NCBI RefSeq assembly: GCF_035444585.1 | Contig: NZ_DAOMOZ010000001.1 | Location: 1,618 to 65,617 of the forward strand | Reading direction: 5' to 3' | Length of the DNA stretch: 64,000 nucleotides | DNA from: Agriterribacter sp. | GTDB taxonomy: Bacteria > Bacteroidota > Bacteroidia > Chitinophagales > Chitinophagaceae | Shown here: in pieces, positions 28,998 through 39,819 of the stretch | How the letters are laid out: each line of letters starts with the position of its first letter | Numbering within the stretch: position 1 is the stretch's first letter | Program-made: the position numbers and the translations under genes | The notes under the pieces: model-generated | What the model was told of the DNA's origin: nothing | Database searches by the model: none | Seen by the model: only the letters and a program-made list of their open reading frames with translations

Positions 28998-29153
28998 GGC
29001 AGGGGTTTTATCTTTTCAAACAGGGTTTTACAGCCACTACAAGCTAAAGAAAATACAATAAAATGCATAGGTTTTTTCTCCTTTTTTACCCACAATCTGC
29101 TTTATTATTCCTGCAACCCTGTAACCTGCACCTTGTACCCGCCTCTTATAAGT

Positions 29154-31391
29154 TCATTCAATCATTTTCAAATAGCGTCCTATCCAGTAAGGCAGCAGCC
29201 AGAATACCGGTTCTCTTTCTATATCGGGATGTCCGTTTATAGCAGACCAGGGGTTCTTATCCCACCTTACCGCAGTGCGTATACTGGCCGGCGGCAATTC
29301 ATTTACCTGCAGATCATCCAGCACAGGTTCGTGCACCATTCTTACGTCTTCCCTTTTGCTGTGATCAAACCTCCAGTTCACCAGGTCAAGCGGTGTATCT
29401 TTCAGGAACTCAACGGAAGAGGTGAGCTCCACTTTTATATTGCGTGTATAGCAATACAAAAAATTGATCAACGGGCTTTTATCGCCCTTTCGTTTTTCCA
29501 TCCAGTTATCCATGTGTTTTTCGTAAAAGGCAAGCAGTGCGCGATCCTTTTCACATCCAATCAGAACAGGGTAGAGGTAAGCCTGGAGGATCACATCGAA
29601 ATAAATAAAAAAAGCAGGATTTTGTTCGGGGATCTTAGCCATGTTCTCCAGGTAGTTTTCCTCCCTGATCAGCCTCAGGTAATGATCCTGGTACCTGGCG
29701 CTTCCCGTCATGTAATAAGCCAGTTTTAAAAAAGTCAGCAACTCCATTGAGTTTTGGTGCCGGTCGGGCATCCATTCCGGATCGCGGTTAAGTTTATCCG
29801 GGCTCCATACCGACCAACGGGTATGGGTGCCGTCAATGTCTGTCATATTGAAATTGTTGCTGATCAAATGATCAACCAGGCGGGCAACATGTTCACGGAT
29901 GATTTGTTTTTCTTTGTCATCGGCCACCAGCTCGTAATAAAAGTAATAACCCATCATATGACCGCACCATTCATCGCTGCTCGTATCTCCTTTCCAAAGC
30001 CATTTCCCGTCTTTCGATTTATGCCACCGCGTTTCAACAGGTTTGAACCGTGGCTCTTTCACCAGTTCTTCCGCCAGTTCTCTTTCCGTATATTTCCTGT
30101 TGGGGTCATGCACATTGTTTCCCCAGCCTGCCGGCACTATTGTTCTGGCAAAAAAGCCATCGGTGCCGGTTATGGTTTGCAACAGCTTCAAAAAATCAAA
30201 GGCCTTCTTTGCTTTATCCCTGGCATCTTTACTTCCGGTTACCGCATAGCGAAAACTTTCCATAGCCAGGTAGCTGGCCGTAAACTCCCCATCGTTGTCA
30301 TCGTCTTCCGGTTGCCATTTGTTCACGTCTTCGGGGTCTTTTAAACGGGCAGGGCCTACTATCCACGGTTCGCGAACATGGCGCTTCATGGTTATATCAT
30401 AAAAGAAATCCTGTTTTTGCGCCAGGGTCATTTTTCTTTTTTTGATAGCGCTTACTCCTTTAGGCGTAGCCACCCATGCATTGCCTTCTTTGTCAAAAGC
30501 AATATCAGTTACTTTATCATCCAGCAGCCACCGCCTGCTGAAACGTAATGTATGTGAGCCATTTGGCGCGTAACGCACTATGCCTGCATCTGTTCCTACC
30601 CACATGCTTCCATCGGGCGACTTTTCCACGCAGTTCACGTAAATGGAAGGCATGCCATTAGATGGCTGGAGTGCATGTGTTTTTTTATTATCCCGGATGA
30701 TGCTTACACCGCCCAAACCACCGGCCCACAACCGGTGTTTGTCATCGAATGCCAACCCCTTTACGTAAGCGCTGAGCAACCGGCTGCTGTCTGTAAGATG
30801 TTGTACCTGTTCCTGTACAATATGGTACAATCCCACATCACTGGCTATCCATATACTGTTGTTGGCAGCGGCAACTGCATCCCGTATGGAGCGGGCAATA
30901 GGGTAATCTTTTTTCAGGAACCGGCCCCGGTCAAATATCCATACGCCTTTAGGACCAAAAGCGTATAACCCCTTTTTTGCAGCGCACAATGCAGAAACGG
31001 GGCCTGCTGTTCCCGGTATTTTTTTGAGTATGTTGCTTTTATAAACATACACACCATTCCATGTTCCTGCCCATACTGCCTGTTCATTTGTTGTTACCAC
31101 GTATGCGGGACCGTTATCGTTGCCGGAGATCATGCTTGCCCATGCAGATGTTCCGGGCTTTTTCATATATATTCCTCCCGCAGTAGCTACCCACACATTC
31201 GATCCATGATCAACTGCAATGCTTCTTATTTCATTGGCGTCCGGATTTTTTCCTACGCGGTATGCTTCGTGATATTCCTGCCAGAAGGCTGTGTCTTTGG
31301 TGCCGGCGGGGGCATAAGACAACTGGGCAATGGTATATTGTGAAACACCTGAAAAGAGCAAACAGTAAAAAAGGAATAATTTATTTTTCAT
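29154..31391 (-). CDS. Secreted protein with N-terminal beta-propeller (Reg_prop-like repeats) and uncharacterised helical C-terminal domain
   Basis: Signal peptide; repeated D/SxxGxxWVxTxxG blades; acidic motifs DDDNDGEFT and WKGDTSSDE. Confidence 0.65.
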   Translation of the reverse strand: MKNKLFLFYCLLFSGVSQYTIAQLSYAPAGTKDTAFWQEYHEAYRVGKNPDANEIRSIAVDHGSNVWVATAGGIYMKKPGTSAWASMISGNDNGPAYVVTTNEQAVWAGTWNGVYVYKSNILKKIPGTAGPVSALCAAKKGLYAFGPKGVWIFDRGRFLKKDYPIARSIRDAVAAANNSIWIASDVGLYHIVQEQVQHLTDSSRLLSAYVKGLAFDDKHRLWAGGLGGVSIIRDNKKTHALQPSNGMPSIYVNCVEKSPDGSMWVGTDAGIVRYAPNGSHTLRFSRRWLLDDKVTDIAFDKEGNAWVATPKGVSAIKKRKMTLAQKQDFFYDITMKRHVREPWIVGPARLKDPEDVNKWQPEDDDNDGEFTASYLAMESFRYAVTGSKDARDKAKKAFDFLKLLQTITGTDGFFARTIVPAGWGNNVHDPNRKYTERELAEELVKEPRFKPVETRWHKSKDGKWLWKGDTSSDEWCGHMMGYYFYYELVADDKEKQIIREHVARLVDHLISNNFNMTDIDGTHTRWSVWSPDKLNRDPEWMPDRHQNSMELLTFLKLAYYMTGSARYQDHYLRLIREENYLENMAKIPEQNPAFFIYFDVILQAYLYPVLIGCEKDRALLAFYEKHMDNWMEKRKGDKSPLINFLYCYTRNIKVELTSSVEFLKDTPLDLVNWRFDHSKREDVRMVHEPVLDDLQVNELPPASIRTAVRWDKNPWSAINGHPDIEREPVFWLLPYWIGRYLKMIE

Positions 31392-31527
31392 ATCGGGTGA
31401 AATAAAGATGTGGTCGGTACCCGATGTAAGAAGGGTCAGACCGCATCTGTAAAGAATCGTAACTGGCTATCGGGGGTCAACCATTAGCTTTGAGTTATAG
31501 GTTTTTAATAAGCTTAATATCAAAAAG

Positions 31528-31557
31528 AAAACCTGCAAGGCAAGCCTCACAGGTTTT
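31528..31557 (-). terminator. Terminator-like hairpin after susD
   Basis: aaaacctg...caggtttt stem followed by a U-tract on the minus strand. Confidence 0.6.
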
Positions 31558-31586
31558 GTAAATTACATCTTAAGTAAACTTGACTA

Positions 31587-33329
31587 TTACCAGGGTTTAC
31601 CGGTACCCTGCAATAACCATGGTTTGCCCCATTGACTGTTTTTACCACGTGGGTCGGTACTAAAATTATTTTCAATACCATTAATAGCGGCCGAGGAGTT
31701 TTCAGTATTTCTGTTCAGCTCATTCTGTCCATATATTAACCTTACCGCAACCTGGGGTCTTGCCGAAGCATTTCCGGCTACAAGTGCAGGGAACCCTGTT
31801 CTTCTAAAATCAAACCATGGTTCTAATGCACTTGTAAAACCGGCAATCCATTTTTGTTCAATAATCTGGGCAAGTGATCCGTCAAAAGCTACGCCTGCAG
31901 TAGTAATATAATCACCATATCCGTCTTCAACGCCCCAGTTGGTTAATGAAAACCTGATGCCATCATTATAATGGTTTTCTGCTGAACCTGCAGCCCAGCC
32001 TTTTTGCGCTGCTTCTGCAAGAATGAATGCAGATTCTACTGCAGTTGCCAAACGCGCCTTAAGGAAGCCATTTTTACCGTCATCTTTGTTCTGAAAAAGA
32101 TATGATAACTGTGAAACGTGTTGATTCTGTACACTTTGCCCGGAAGTAGGGTTGTTATTGTAATAGTCGGGGTACAAACGAGCCGGAGGTATACCTACAT
32201 ATTCATTCGTATCAGGAGCTTCAGTGTTGAAGGGTGCGTTAGGAACATATGTATTAGGATTAAAGCGACGGGTATAAACTTTACCCGCAGCAATTTGTTG
32301 TTTGTAACCGTTGGTGCCGCCACTCAAATCACTCTCCGGCAGAGACACCAGGCTGGTCAAAACACCGCCCTCACGAATATAAGGATCAACCTGTACAGAC
32401 AAGGTTGCGTCCGCCACCCACCTGCAATGAACCGGCTGGAACCACACATCTCTTCTGGGGTCATCATAAGCATTGAGCTTTGCTATTAAAGTTTGGCAGG
32501 GTTTTCTTCTCCTCCAATTGGATTCGCTGGGATCATTCTCTGTATTTCCGGGCCAGGCGCTGCCGGGAGGGATTCCATCAAAATCCATCGTTGCGTCTTC
32601 CGATGGGTCCTTGATATAAATGCCGGAACTGTATACAGCTTCTATATTTGATTTTGCAAGATCTGGCAATTTTTCCGATAAACGCATTGAAAACCTTAAA
32701 ATCAGAGAATTCGTAAACTTTTGCCAGGCAGTAACATTACCATCATAATATATATCATAACCCGAAGCATAATAGCTACTGTTATCTCCTGTACTCGCAA
32801 AAGCCCCTGCAGCAGCTTTCAGGTCGTCTAAAACGCCTTTGTAAATTGTTTCCTGGCTATCGTAAGAAGGATACAGTAAGTCTTCATCTCCTTTCAGGGC
32901 ATCGGTATACGGGGCATCTCCCCATAAATCAGCAATGGTTCCAAAAATAAAGCCTCTCATGGTTAAGGCTACGCCTTCGTGAAACTTATTTCCAAGTTCT
33001 ACGGCACGTTCATACATGAATTCATTGTTTCTCAAAAGTCCATAGTATCCGCTCCAGTCTTCTTCGCTCCAGTCGAAAGAGTTATAACCTGAATACCAGC
33101 CATCCTCCTGCATGTGCTGAATTACACCTGATATTTTGCCGTAGCCCAGGCCAAGATAATTGTTAGCAAACCCGCTTTGAATACCAGCCATCAGCAAATT
33201 GGGGTTTGCAGTGGACGGATTCACTCCATTGGGGTTTTCATTTGTTTTATCCAGGTCTTTTGAACAGGAAACTGCAAAAAACAAACTGGAAATGAAAACA
33301 ATTTTATAAATGAATTGTAATCTTTTCAT
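31587..33329 (-). CDS. SusD/RagB-family outer membrane lipoprotein
   Basis: Lipobox AVSC; DLWGDAPY, YDSQETIY, IIEQKWIA and RRTGFP; follows susC. Confidence 0.9.
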   Translation of the reverse strand: MKRLQFIYKIVFISSLFFAVSCSKDLDKTNENPNGVNPSTANPNLLMAGIQSGFANNYLGLGYGKISGVIQHMQEDGWYSGYNSFDWSEEDWSGYYGLLRNNEFMYERAVELGNKFHEGVALTMRGFIFGTIADLWGDAPYTDALKGDEDLLYPSYDSQETIYKGVLDDLKAAAGAFASTGDNSSYYASGYDIYYDGNVTAWQKFTNSLILRFSMRLSEKLPDLAKSNIEAVYSSGIYIKDPSEDATMDFDGIPPGSAWPGNTENDPSESNWRRRKPCQTLIAKLNAYDDPRRDVWFQPVHCRWVADATLSVQVDPYIREGGVLTSLVSLPESDLSGGTNGYKQQIAAGKVYTRRFNPNTYVPNAPFNTEAPDTNEYVGIPPARLYPDYYNNNPTSGQSVQNQHVSQLSYLFQNKDDGKNGFLKARLATAVESAFILAEAAQKGWAAGSAENHYNDGIRFSLTNWGVEDGYGDYITTAGVAFDGSLAQIIEQKWIAGFTSALEPWFDFRRTGFPALVAGNASARPQVAVRLIYGQNELNRNTENSSAAINGIENNFSTDPRGKNSQWGKPWLLQGTGKPW

Positions 33330-33350
33330 AATAATAAGTTTTGTGTTATA

Positions 33351-36300
33351 CTAGAAATCAACATTTAGTTTAAACCCAAAGGGAATAGTCCAGGGTAAAA
33401 TATTTTGTCTTTCAATTCCTTGTCTGAAACCTCCGACACCCGGGTCTGCCCAGAATGCTCTTTCCGGATCAATACCAATTTTAGCAGCATTCCATAGCAT
33501 AATATTTCTTGCATACACAGAAAAAGTTGCATTTCTTGTAATGTTCAGCAGGTTAGGTATTCTGTAGCTTAAGGTGATTTCTCTTAATTTAATAAAGGAA
33601 GCATCGAATGTAACCTGTTTGTTGAAGCTCCAGGGATAAACATTTGTGATTGGCTGATATTCGGTGCCATCTCCGCCTAACCATTCGTGATAGTTTCCGT
33701 CAGCATCCTGCCACACTCCGGGAACAAAAGCGCCGTCATAGCTTGTACCACCTCCCGGTAAAGCAAGTGGCAGGCCGCCTGTTTCCTCTGTATGACCGCC
33801 TACGCGCGGGAAATTACCATTTTTGGGTATAATGTACTTTTCCGGATCTGATTTTAACAGTGCAACCAGGTCTTCTTTAGACATATTTCCCGGGATCAGG
33901 TTATCGATCTGCCGCTGAGATTTCCAGTCCGACTCACCATAACGATAAGTGAAGGACATAAATTCGCCACCGTTCCTCCAGTCAAAGCTTAAGCCCAGAG
34001 ACCAGCGTTTCCAGCTAAGGGATGATTGCAGCCCCATTAAAAAGCGCGGATTGTAATTACCCACTTTTTCGTTATTGGGGTTTCCTGAACCGGATGATAA
34101 CTCCTGCCACTGTGCACCACCTGATGAACCGTCCCATTCAATAATCGGCCATAAATAGTAAGGAGAATTGGGATCTTCAACTTTAGGATAGCCTCTGCTG
34201 TAAAGATTACCCAGCTGGTCACCTACAAAAGTATAGGCTCCTGCACTGGCTTCACTCCATTGGTTGAGGAAAGTAGCACCTTCATACAGCTCTTCAAGAA
34301 CAACCCTGTTGCGGCTGAAATTGGCATTCAGGTCCCAGTTCCAGTTCCCCGAACTCATTACAGTTCCTCCTAAATCAATTTCCCATCCTTTGCTTCTTAG
34401 TTTGCCCCCGTTGATCTGTTTGCTTGAGAAACCGGAAGATTCAGGCATGCTAACATTAAATATCTGGTTGGTGTTCACCATGTCGTAATACGTTATGGCA
34501 AACCTTAACCTGTTATTAAACATGTTCAAATCCAAACCACCTTCAATAGAAGTAGATATTTCGGGTTTTAATGCGGAGTTCAATAAAACTCCTGAAATTC
34601 CTGTGGTCACCAATCCGCCCCATGAGCTTGTACCCAATACGTTATATAGTTGATATGGATCAGCGTCTTTACCGGCTTGTGCCCATCCTGCGCGCAACTT
34701 GAGCAAATTAACAGAAGCTGGTAAGTTAAATGTTGTATTTGTCAGCCAGCTTAAAGATGCTGACGGGTAAAAATACGAGCGACTATGAGCGGGCAGGGTA
34801 CTTGACCAGTCATTTCTTGCAGTGAGGTCCAGATAAACCTGGTTTTTAAAGCCGAGAGAAGCCAGACCGTATAAGCTGTAGATGGATCTTTTCGACGCAG
34901 AGTTGCTATAATTCAGGTTGTCTCTGGCAATATTGCTGATCCGGTATAAATTAGGAACCACCAGGTTTCTTCCACCCATTGATTCACTATGCCCTCTTGC
35001 CTGCATATAGTTTCCGCCACCGGAGATGCTGACATCAAAATCACTTACTTTCTTTTTATACGACAATAAGAAATCTGTATTTACCTCCTGTCCAAAGCCA
35101 TTGTCTATATAATATCCTCCGGTAGGGAGCGAAGTATAGCTCCATGCAATTTTTGTTTCATTGAACTGGTTGGTTGTATTCATTGTTCCGCGAACAAATG
35201 CAGAGAACGCCTCTGAAATCTTCCAGTCAAGCTTTATATTACCAAAAAACCTGTCCCGTACAAAGCCGTTTTGAATACCATAGGCAAGAAAATAAGGGTT
35301 ATTAAACTCTCCGGGAGCTGCAGAAAGCTGCTCAATGTTTTCGAGTCCGGGCTTCCAGATGCCTTTTAGATCCCTTACATCTACATGTGGCATTGCATAT
35401 ACTTCCTGCAACGGATTGGCATTTCTTTCGGAAGTAAGCGGCCTGCTGTTTGAATGTGAACGAACAAAGTTTACATTGGTAGAAATGGTAAGTGCTTTTG
35501 CAATATCATAAGAGCCGGCAAAAGAAAGGCTGTTCCTGTACAGATCCTGACCAGGGATCAATCCTTTATTGCTCATGTTACTGTATGAAAAACGATAGGT
35601 GGTTTTTTCAGAAGAACCCGAAACCGACAAGTTATTGTCTGTGGTAAACCCGGTGTTCAAAAAGTTTTTCATATTGTCTTTGTACGATACCAATTCTGTA
35701 GGAATGGAATTGCCATTGTCGTCCACCGGGCTATTCCACTGTACAGCAGTGTTTCCTTTATCTAAGGGAATTCCACCCCAGTATGCGGAAAGCTCATCCA
35801 GTTGGAAAGGTCTTTCACCATTGGCATATTTGTAGTGAAAGTCAAGAAAACGATATGGCTTTTCCCATACATTGGATGTAGAGAATGAAACGCCAAATCC
35901 CTTACCTTTTTTTGCAGATTTAGTGGTAATTAATATTACTCCATTATTCGCCCTTGATCCATACAGTGCAGCTGCGCTGGGTCCTTTCAGTACAGACATG
36001 CTTTCGATATCATCCGGATTAATATCATTTATCGCATTGCCGTAATCTACCTTATTATTACTTCCTTTTTCGCTTACGTTGGCTATTGAGCTCTCCATTG
36101 GCACACCATCCACAACAAAAAGCGGCTGATTGTTTTTCAGTGAAAAGGCTCCCCGTATGATTACACTGATCGAAGAACCCACACCGCTGGTTTGGTTAAT
36201 TGTTACCCCGGAAACACGACCCGCCATTGACGTGAGCATACTTTCGTTAGCCACATTTGTCAGGTCTTCTCCTTTTACCTGGCCCACGTTATAACCAAGC

Positions 36301-37025
36301 GACCTTTTTTCGCGGGTAATACCGAGAGCGGTTACTACAACTCCCTCCAGTTCCTGTACATTCGACGCCAGCACGATATTGATTTGGCTTTTTCCGTCAA
36401 CTGCCACTTCCCGGGTGGCATAACCCACCGAACTGATTACCAGTATAGCTGAAGCGCTGGCTACGTTCAGCGAAAAATTTCCATCATTATCCGTATTGGT
36501 GGCGTTCGATGTTCCTTTCTCACTTACTGTTGCGCCTGCAATACCCCCGTTTTCATCACTTACCCTGCCCCTTACGGAAAAGTCGGCGGCAGCAGCATCA
36601 GTACTGATCAGGGCAGCGGGAACAGCAAAATTTTCTTCCCGATTTTTTAATACGGCCTGTTTTATAACGTATACTTCCTTAACTTTTTCAAACATCAATC
36701 CTGCAGGGGGAAGCACTTTGTTCAATACAACGTCGGGATCGCTTTGTTGGGAAGCATCCAGCACATCGTAATTTACGCTCACCGATCTGAGGGCATTTGA
36801 TTCGTAGCTGTAATAGATGTTTTGATACGTTTTTTTAAATTCATGCATAAATTCCTGCAGGGAAGTTGTTTTCAGATCGCTTCCCGCGGGGTTGGTTTTG
36901 TTTACTGGGGTGGGGGAAAGTGCGGCTATATCCTGCGCCCATACCCCTGTTACGGCAAGTAAAAACAATACGGCCGTTAACATTGTCCCTAAGCAGCGTT
37001 TTGAAAAAGATGGTTTTCTTTTCAT
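33351..37025 (-). CDS. SusC/RagA TonB-dependent transporter with N-terminal signalling extension
   Basis: VVVTALGI, DINPDDIESMSVLKGPSAAALYGSRA and RNDWSSTLP motifs; C-terminal Phe. Confidence 0.93.
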   Translation of the reverse strand: MKRKPSFSKRCLGTMLTAVLFLLAVTGVWAQDIAALSPTPVNKTNPAGSDLKTTSLQEFMHEFKKTYQNIYYSYESNALRSVSVNYDVLDASQQSDPDVVLNKVLPPAGLMFEKVKEVYVIKQAVLKNREENFAVPAALISTDAAAADFSVRGRVSDENGGIAGATVSEKGTSNATNTDNDGNFSLNVASASAILVISSVGYATREVAVDGKSQINIVLASNVQELEGVVVTALGITREKRSLGYNVGQVKGEDLTNVANESMLTSMAGRVSGVTINQTSGVGSSISVIIRGAFSLKNNQPLFVVDGVPMESSIANVSEKGSNNKVDYGNAINDINPDDIESMSVLKGPSAAALYGSRANNGVILITTKSAKKGKGFGVSFSTSNVWEKPYRFLDFHYKYANGERPFQLDELSAYWGGIPLDKGNTAVQWNSPVDDNGNSIPTELVSYKDNMKNFLNTGFTTDNNLSVSGSSEKTTYRFSYSNMSNKGLIPGQDLYRNSLSFAGSYDIAKALTISTNVNFVRSHSNSRPLTSERNANPLQEVYAMPHVDVRDLKGIWKPGLENIEQLSAAPGEFNNPYFLAYGIQNGFVRDRFFGNIKLDWKISEAFSAFVRGTMNTTNQFNETKIAWSYTSLPTGGYYIDNGFGQEVNTDFLLSYKKKVSDFDVSISGGGNYMQARGHSESMGGRNLVVPNLYRISNIARDNLNYSNSASKRSIYSLYGLASLGFKNQVYLDLTARNDWSSTLPAHSRSYFYPSASLSWLTNTTFNLPASVNLLKLRAGWAQAGKDADPYQLYNVLGTSSWGGLVTTGISGVLLNSALKPEISTSIEGGLDLNMFNNRLRFAITYYDMVNTNQIFNVSMPESSGFSSKQINGGKLRSKGWEIDLGGTVMSSGNWNWDLNANFSRNRVVLEELYEGATFLNQWSEASAGAYTFVGDQLGNLYSRGYPKVEDPNSPYYLWPIIEWDGSSGGAQWQELSSGSGNPNNEKVGNYNPRFLMGLQSSLSWKRWSLGLSFDWRNGGEFMSFTYRYGESDWKSQRQIDNLIPGNMSKEDLVALLKSDPEKYIIPKNGNFPRVGGHTEETGGLPLALPGGGTSYDGAFVPGVWQDADGNYHEWLGGDGTEYQPITNVYPWSFNKQVTFDASFIKLREITLSYRIPNLLNITRNATFSVYARNIMLWNAAKIGIDPERAFWADPGVGGFRQGIERQNILPWTIPFGFKLNVDF

Positions 37026-38086
37026 AACTGTTTTGATTGAGGGTTAATAATGATTAATTGTTGATTTTGTGTTTGTATGCTGATGTTTAAGGTTTTTTCT
37101 ATTACCTGTATCAATGTTGAGAAATCATTAACCGATACTACCGCGGTGATCATAAGCTGTTTTTGCGCTTCGGAGGAGAAAACCATTTCCATTCCATAGT
37201 ATTCTTTAATAAGCCGGGCAACGGTTACCAGGTTGGTTTCCTCAAAATGCCATTCGTCTAATTTCCATGCAGCAGTATATAAGCTGGTGTCGGCCCTGGC
37301 AGTGATCAGCTCATTGTTGACGGTGTCTACATTGAGCGTATAGCCGGCCTGCATATACACCGTTTTTCTTTTATTTTTTTCAAGCGTTACATTCACTTTG
37401 CCACTGGTGAGTACTACGTCGGTGGCCCTGGTACGGGCATTTACATTGAACTCTGTTCCGGTTACATAAATTTTCAACTGGTTGGCATGTACAATAAAAG
37501 GAGTGAGGCTCGCCGTTCTTTTTACGCGGAAATAGGCATTGCCTTGCAGAAAAATTTCCCTTACGGAAGCTGTTGCAAAATCGCTGTTGTACCGCAGGGA
37601 AGAATTGCCATTGAGGACAACTGCCGAACTATCGGGCAGCATTATCTTTTTTACTTCCTTTAAGTCTGTTTTTTGCAATACCATGGCAACAGCCGCTGTT
37701 TGTTCAGGGATATGAAAAGGGAAAAAAATGCTTATGGTAACAAGCGCCATTGCTGCTGCGGCCAATACCCACCATCTGCTTCTTTTGCGGGAGGGGGCTG
37801 TTCCAATGGCTTTATGGGATAAGCTGATCTGCTGAAAGATATTATCTCTCAGTGCCTGTTTTTCGCTTTGCGATAAAAAAGGGATATGAAACCCGGTTTC
37901 AGCCAGATGCTGTACAAGCTTAAAAGCATTGGTAATGGCTATTTGCTGATGGGGGTGGTTTTGGGCATATGATTTCCAGTACAGCTCGGTTTCATCATCG
38001 GGCAGCAGCACCCATTGCTGAAAATATTCATCTGCAGCAAATTCCTCTTCCGTAAAGCCCCGGTAATATGCACCCTCCTGTTTCAT
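37022..38086 (-). CDS. FecR-family anti-sigma factor
   Basis: DEYFQQWV N-terminus, TM helix, LPDSSAVVLNGNSSL, GNAYF and GTEFNV; start moved to MKQEG. Confidence 0.88.
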   Translation of the reverse strand: MKQEGAYYRGFTEEEFAADEYFQQWVLLPDDETELYWKSYAQNHPHQQIAITNAFKLVQHLAETGFHIPFLSQSEKQALRDNIFQQISLSHKAIGTAPSRKRSRWWVLAAAAMALVTISIFFPFHIPEQTAAVAMVLQKTDLKEVKKIMLPDSSAVVLNGNSSLRYNSDFATASVREIFLQGNAYFRVKRTASLTPFIVHANQLKIYVTGTEFNVNARTRATDVVLTSGKVNVTLEKNKRKTVYMQAGYTLNVDTVNNELITARADTSLYTAAWKLDEWHFEETNLVTVARLIKEYYGMEMVFSSEAQKQLMITAVVSVNDFSTLIQVIEKTLNISIQTQNQQLIIINPQSKQL

Positions 38087-38159
38087 TATCACTAAGAGAG
38101 GAGAGCAGGAAAACATATACTCAATGGCAGGGAAAGAAATTTTTACAGCAGGGAGCGGA

Positions 38160-38270
38160 TTGTAGGGTACAGGTTACATGTTGTTGTTTCAGGTTTGTGC
38201 GTTTCAGGCTGCAAGTTGGCTGTACGTGGCACCTTGTAACATGCCCGCCCTGTAACTTGTAACCTGCAGG
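38160..38270. repeat. Degenerate heptamer repeats in inverted arrangement (TTACAGG / CCTGTAA-like)
   Basis: gtacagg ttacatg ... tttcagg ctgcaag ... cttgtaa ... cctgtaa cttgtaa cctgcag; related tract at 29111-29138. Confidence 0.55.
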
Positions 38271-38278
38271 CACAAGCA

Positions 38279-39772
38279 TCACCTCGTATAATTCGGAGCT
38301 TCCCTGGTAATTTCTATGTCGTGGGCATGGCTTTCATTCATCCCGGCATTGGTTATTTTAATGAACTGTGCTTTTTGCAGTGCTGCAATATCAACAGCTC
38401 CGCAATAACCCATTCCCGACCTTAATCCGCCTGTATACTGGTATACGATCTCGCTCAGGTTACCCTTAAATGCCACCCGGCCTTCAATGCCTTCCGGTAC
38501 ATATTTTTTTATATCATCTTCCACATCCTGGAAATAGCGGTCACCGCTTCCCTGTCCCATTGCACCCAGGGAGCCCATACCCCGGTACTGCTTAAACTTC
38601 CGGCCTTCATATATAATAGTATCGCCGGGGCTTTCTTCTGTTCCCGCAAAAACGCTTCCCATCATTACTGCACCCGCGCCAGCTGCCAGTGCTTTTACCA
38701 TATCTCCTGTATAGCGTATGCCGCCGTCGGCAATGAGCGGTATATTCAATTTGTGAAGTACGGAAGCCGCTTCCATAATAGCCGTAATTTGAGGAACGCC
38801 TGCACCGGCAACGATCCGGGTGGTGCATATAGAACCCGGACCGATACCTACCTTTACAGCATCTGCTCCTGCTTCAGCCAGGGCTTTGGCGCCTGCTGCC
38901 GTTCCGATATTGCCGGCAATGACCTGTAATTTTTTAAAATTCTTTTTCAACTTTCTTAGTGATTCAATGACTTTTGCACTATGCCCGTGGGCACTGTCTA
39001 AACATACCACGTCTACACCTATCTGCTGTAAAGCAGCCGCTCTGTCCATCAGGTCGGCAGTTATACCCAGGGCAGCGCCGGTAAGCAAACGGCCAAAACT
39101 GTCTTTTACCGCATTGGGATGACTTTGCAATTGCAAAATATCACGGTAGGTAACGAGTCCTGTTAATTGCCCGTTTTTATTTACCACCGGCAGTTTTTCA
39201 ATTTTATACTGGCTGAGTATTTTTTTGGCCTTGGTAAGGTCTGTTCCTTCGGGGGCCGTGATCAGGTTTTCCGTTGTCATTACTTCACTCACCTTTTTCT
39301 TCAGGGAAGTTTCAAAACGAAGGTCACGGTTGGTAAGAATACCTACGAGTTTTTTATCAACATCTATGATCGGGATTCCTCCTATCTTGTTTTCCCGCAT
39401 CAGCTTCAATGCATCTCCAATAGTAGCATCTACCTGCAGGGTTATGGGATCAAGGATCAGCCCGCTTTCGCTGCGCTTTACTTTTCGTACCTGTTCAACC
39501 TGCCTTTCAATTGTCATGTTTTTATGGAGAATTCCCAGTCCGCCCTCCCTGGCCAACGCTATGGCAAGATCTGCTTCTGTTACGGTATCCATGGCTGCAG
39601 AAAGCAGCGGTATGTTCAGTACAATGTTTTTGGTGAGCTTTGTACTGATACTTACTTCGCGTGGAAGCACCTGCGAATAAGCCGGCATAAGCAGCACATC
39701 ATCGAAGGTTAAACCTTCACCAAAAAATTTTTGAGGGAATTTGTTTTTAGCGGAGTTGATTATTGTTGCCAT
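38279..39772 (-). CDS. guaB: IMP dehydrogenase
   Basis: [20 protein letters not shown] pair, [11 protein letters not shown] and YRGMGS; start moved to MATIINS. Confidence 0.97.
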   Translation of the reverse strand: MATIINSAKNKFPQKFFGEGLTFDDVLLMPAYSQVLPREVSISTKLTKNIVLNIPLLSAAMDTVTEADLAIALAREGGLGILHKNMTIERQVEQVRKVKRSESGLILDPITLQVDATIGDALKLMRENKIGGIPIIDVDKKLVGILTNRDLRFETSLKKKVSEVMTTENLITAPEGTDLTKAKKILSQYKIEKLPVVNKNGQLTGLVTYRDILQLQSHPNAVKDSFGRLLTGAALGITADLMDRAAALQQIGVDVVCLDSAHGHSAKVIESLRKLKKNFKKLQVIAGNIGTAAGAKALAEAGADAVKVGIGPGSICTTRIVAGAGVPQITAIMEAASVLHKLNIPLIADGGIRYTGDMVKALAAGAGAVMMGSVFAGTEESPGDTIIYEGRKFKQYRGMGSLGAMGQGSGDRYFQDVEDDIKKYVPEGIEGRVAFKGNLSEIVYQYTGGLRSGMGYCGAVDIAALQKAQFIKITNAGMNESHAHDIEITREAPNYTR

Positions 39773-39819
39773 GTGCAAAGATAGGGGAGAGGATAAATAG
39801 CTTCCAAATTTTGTTGCCC

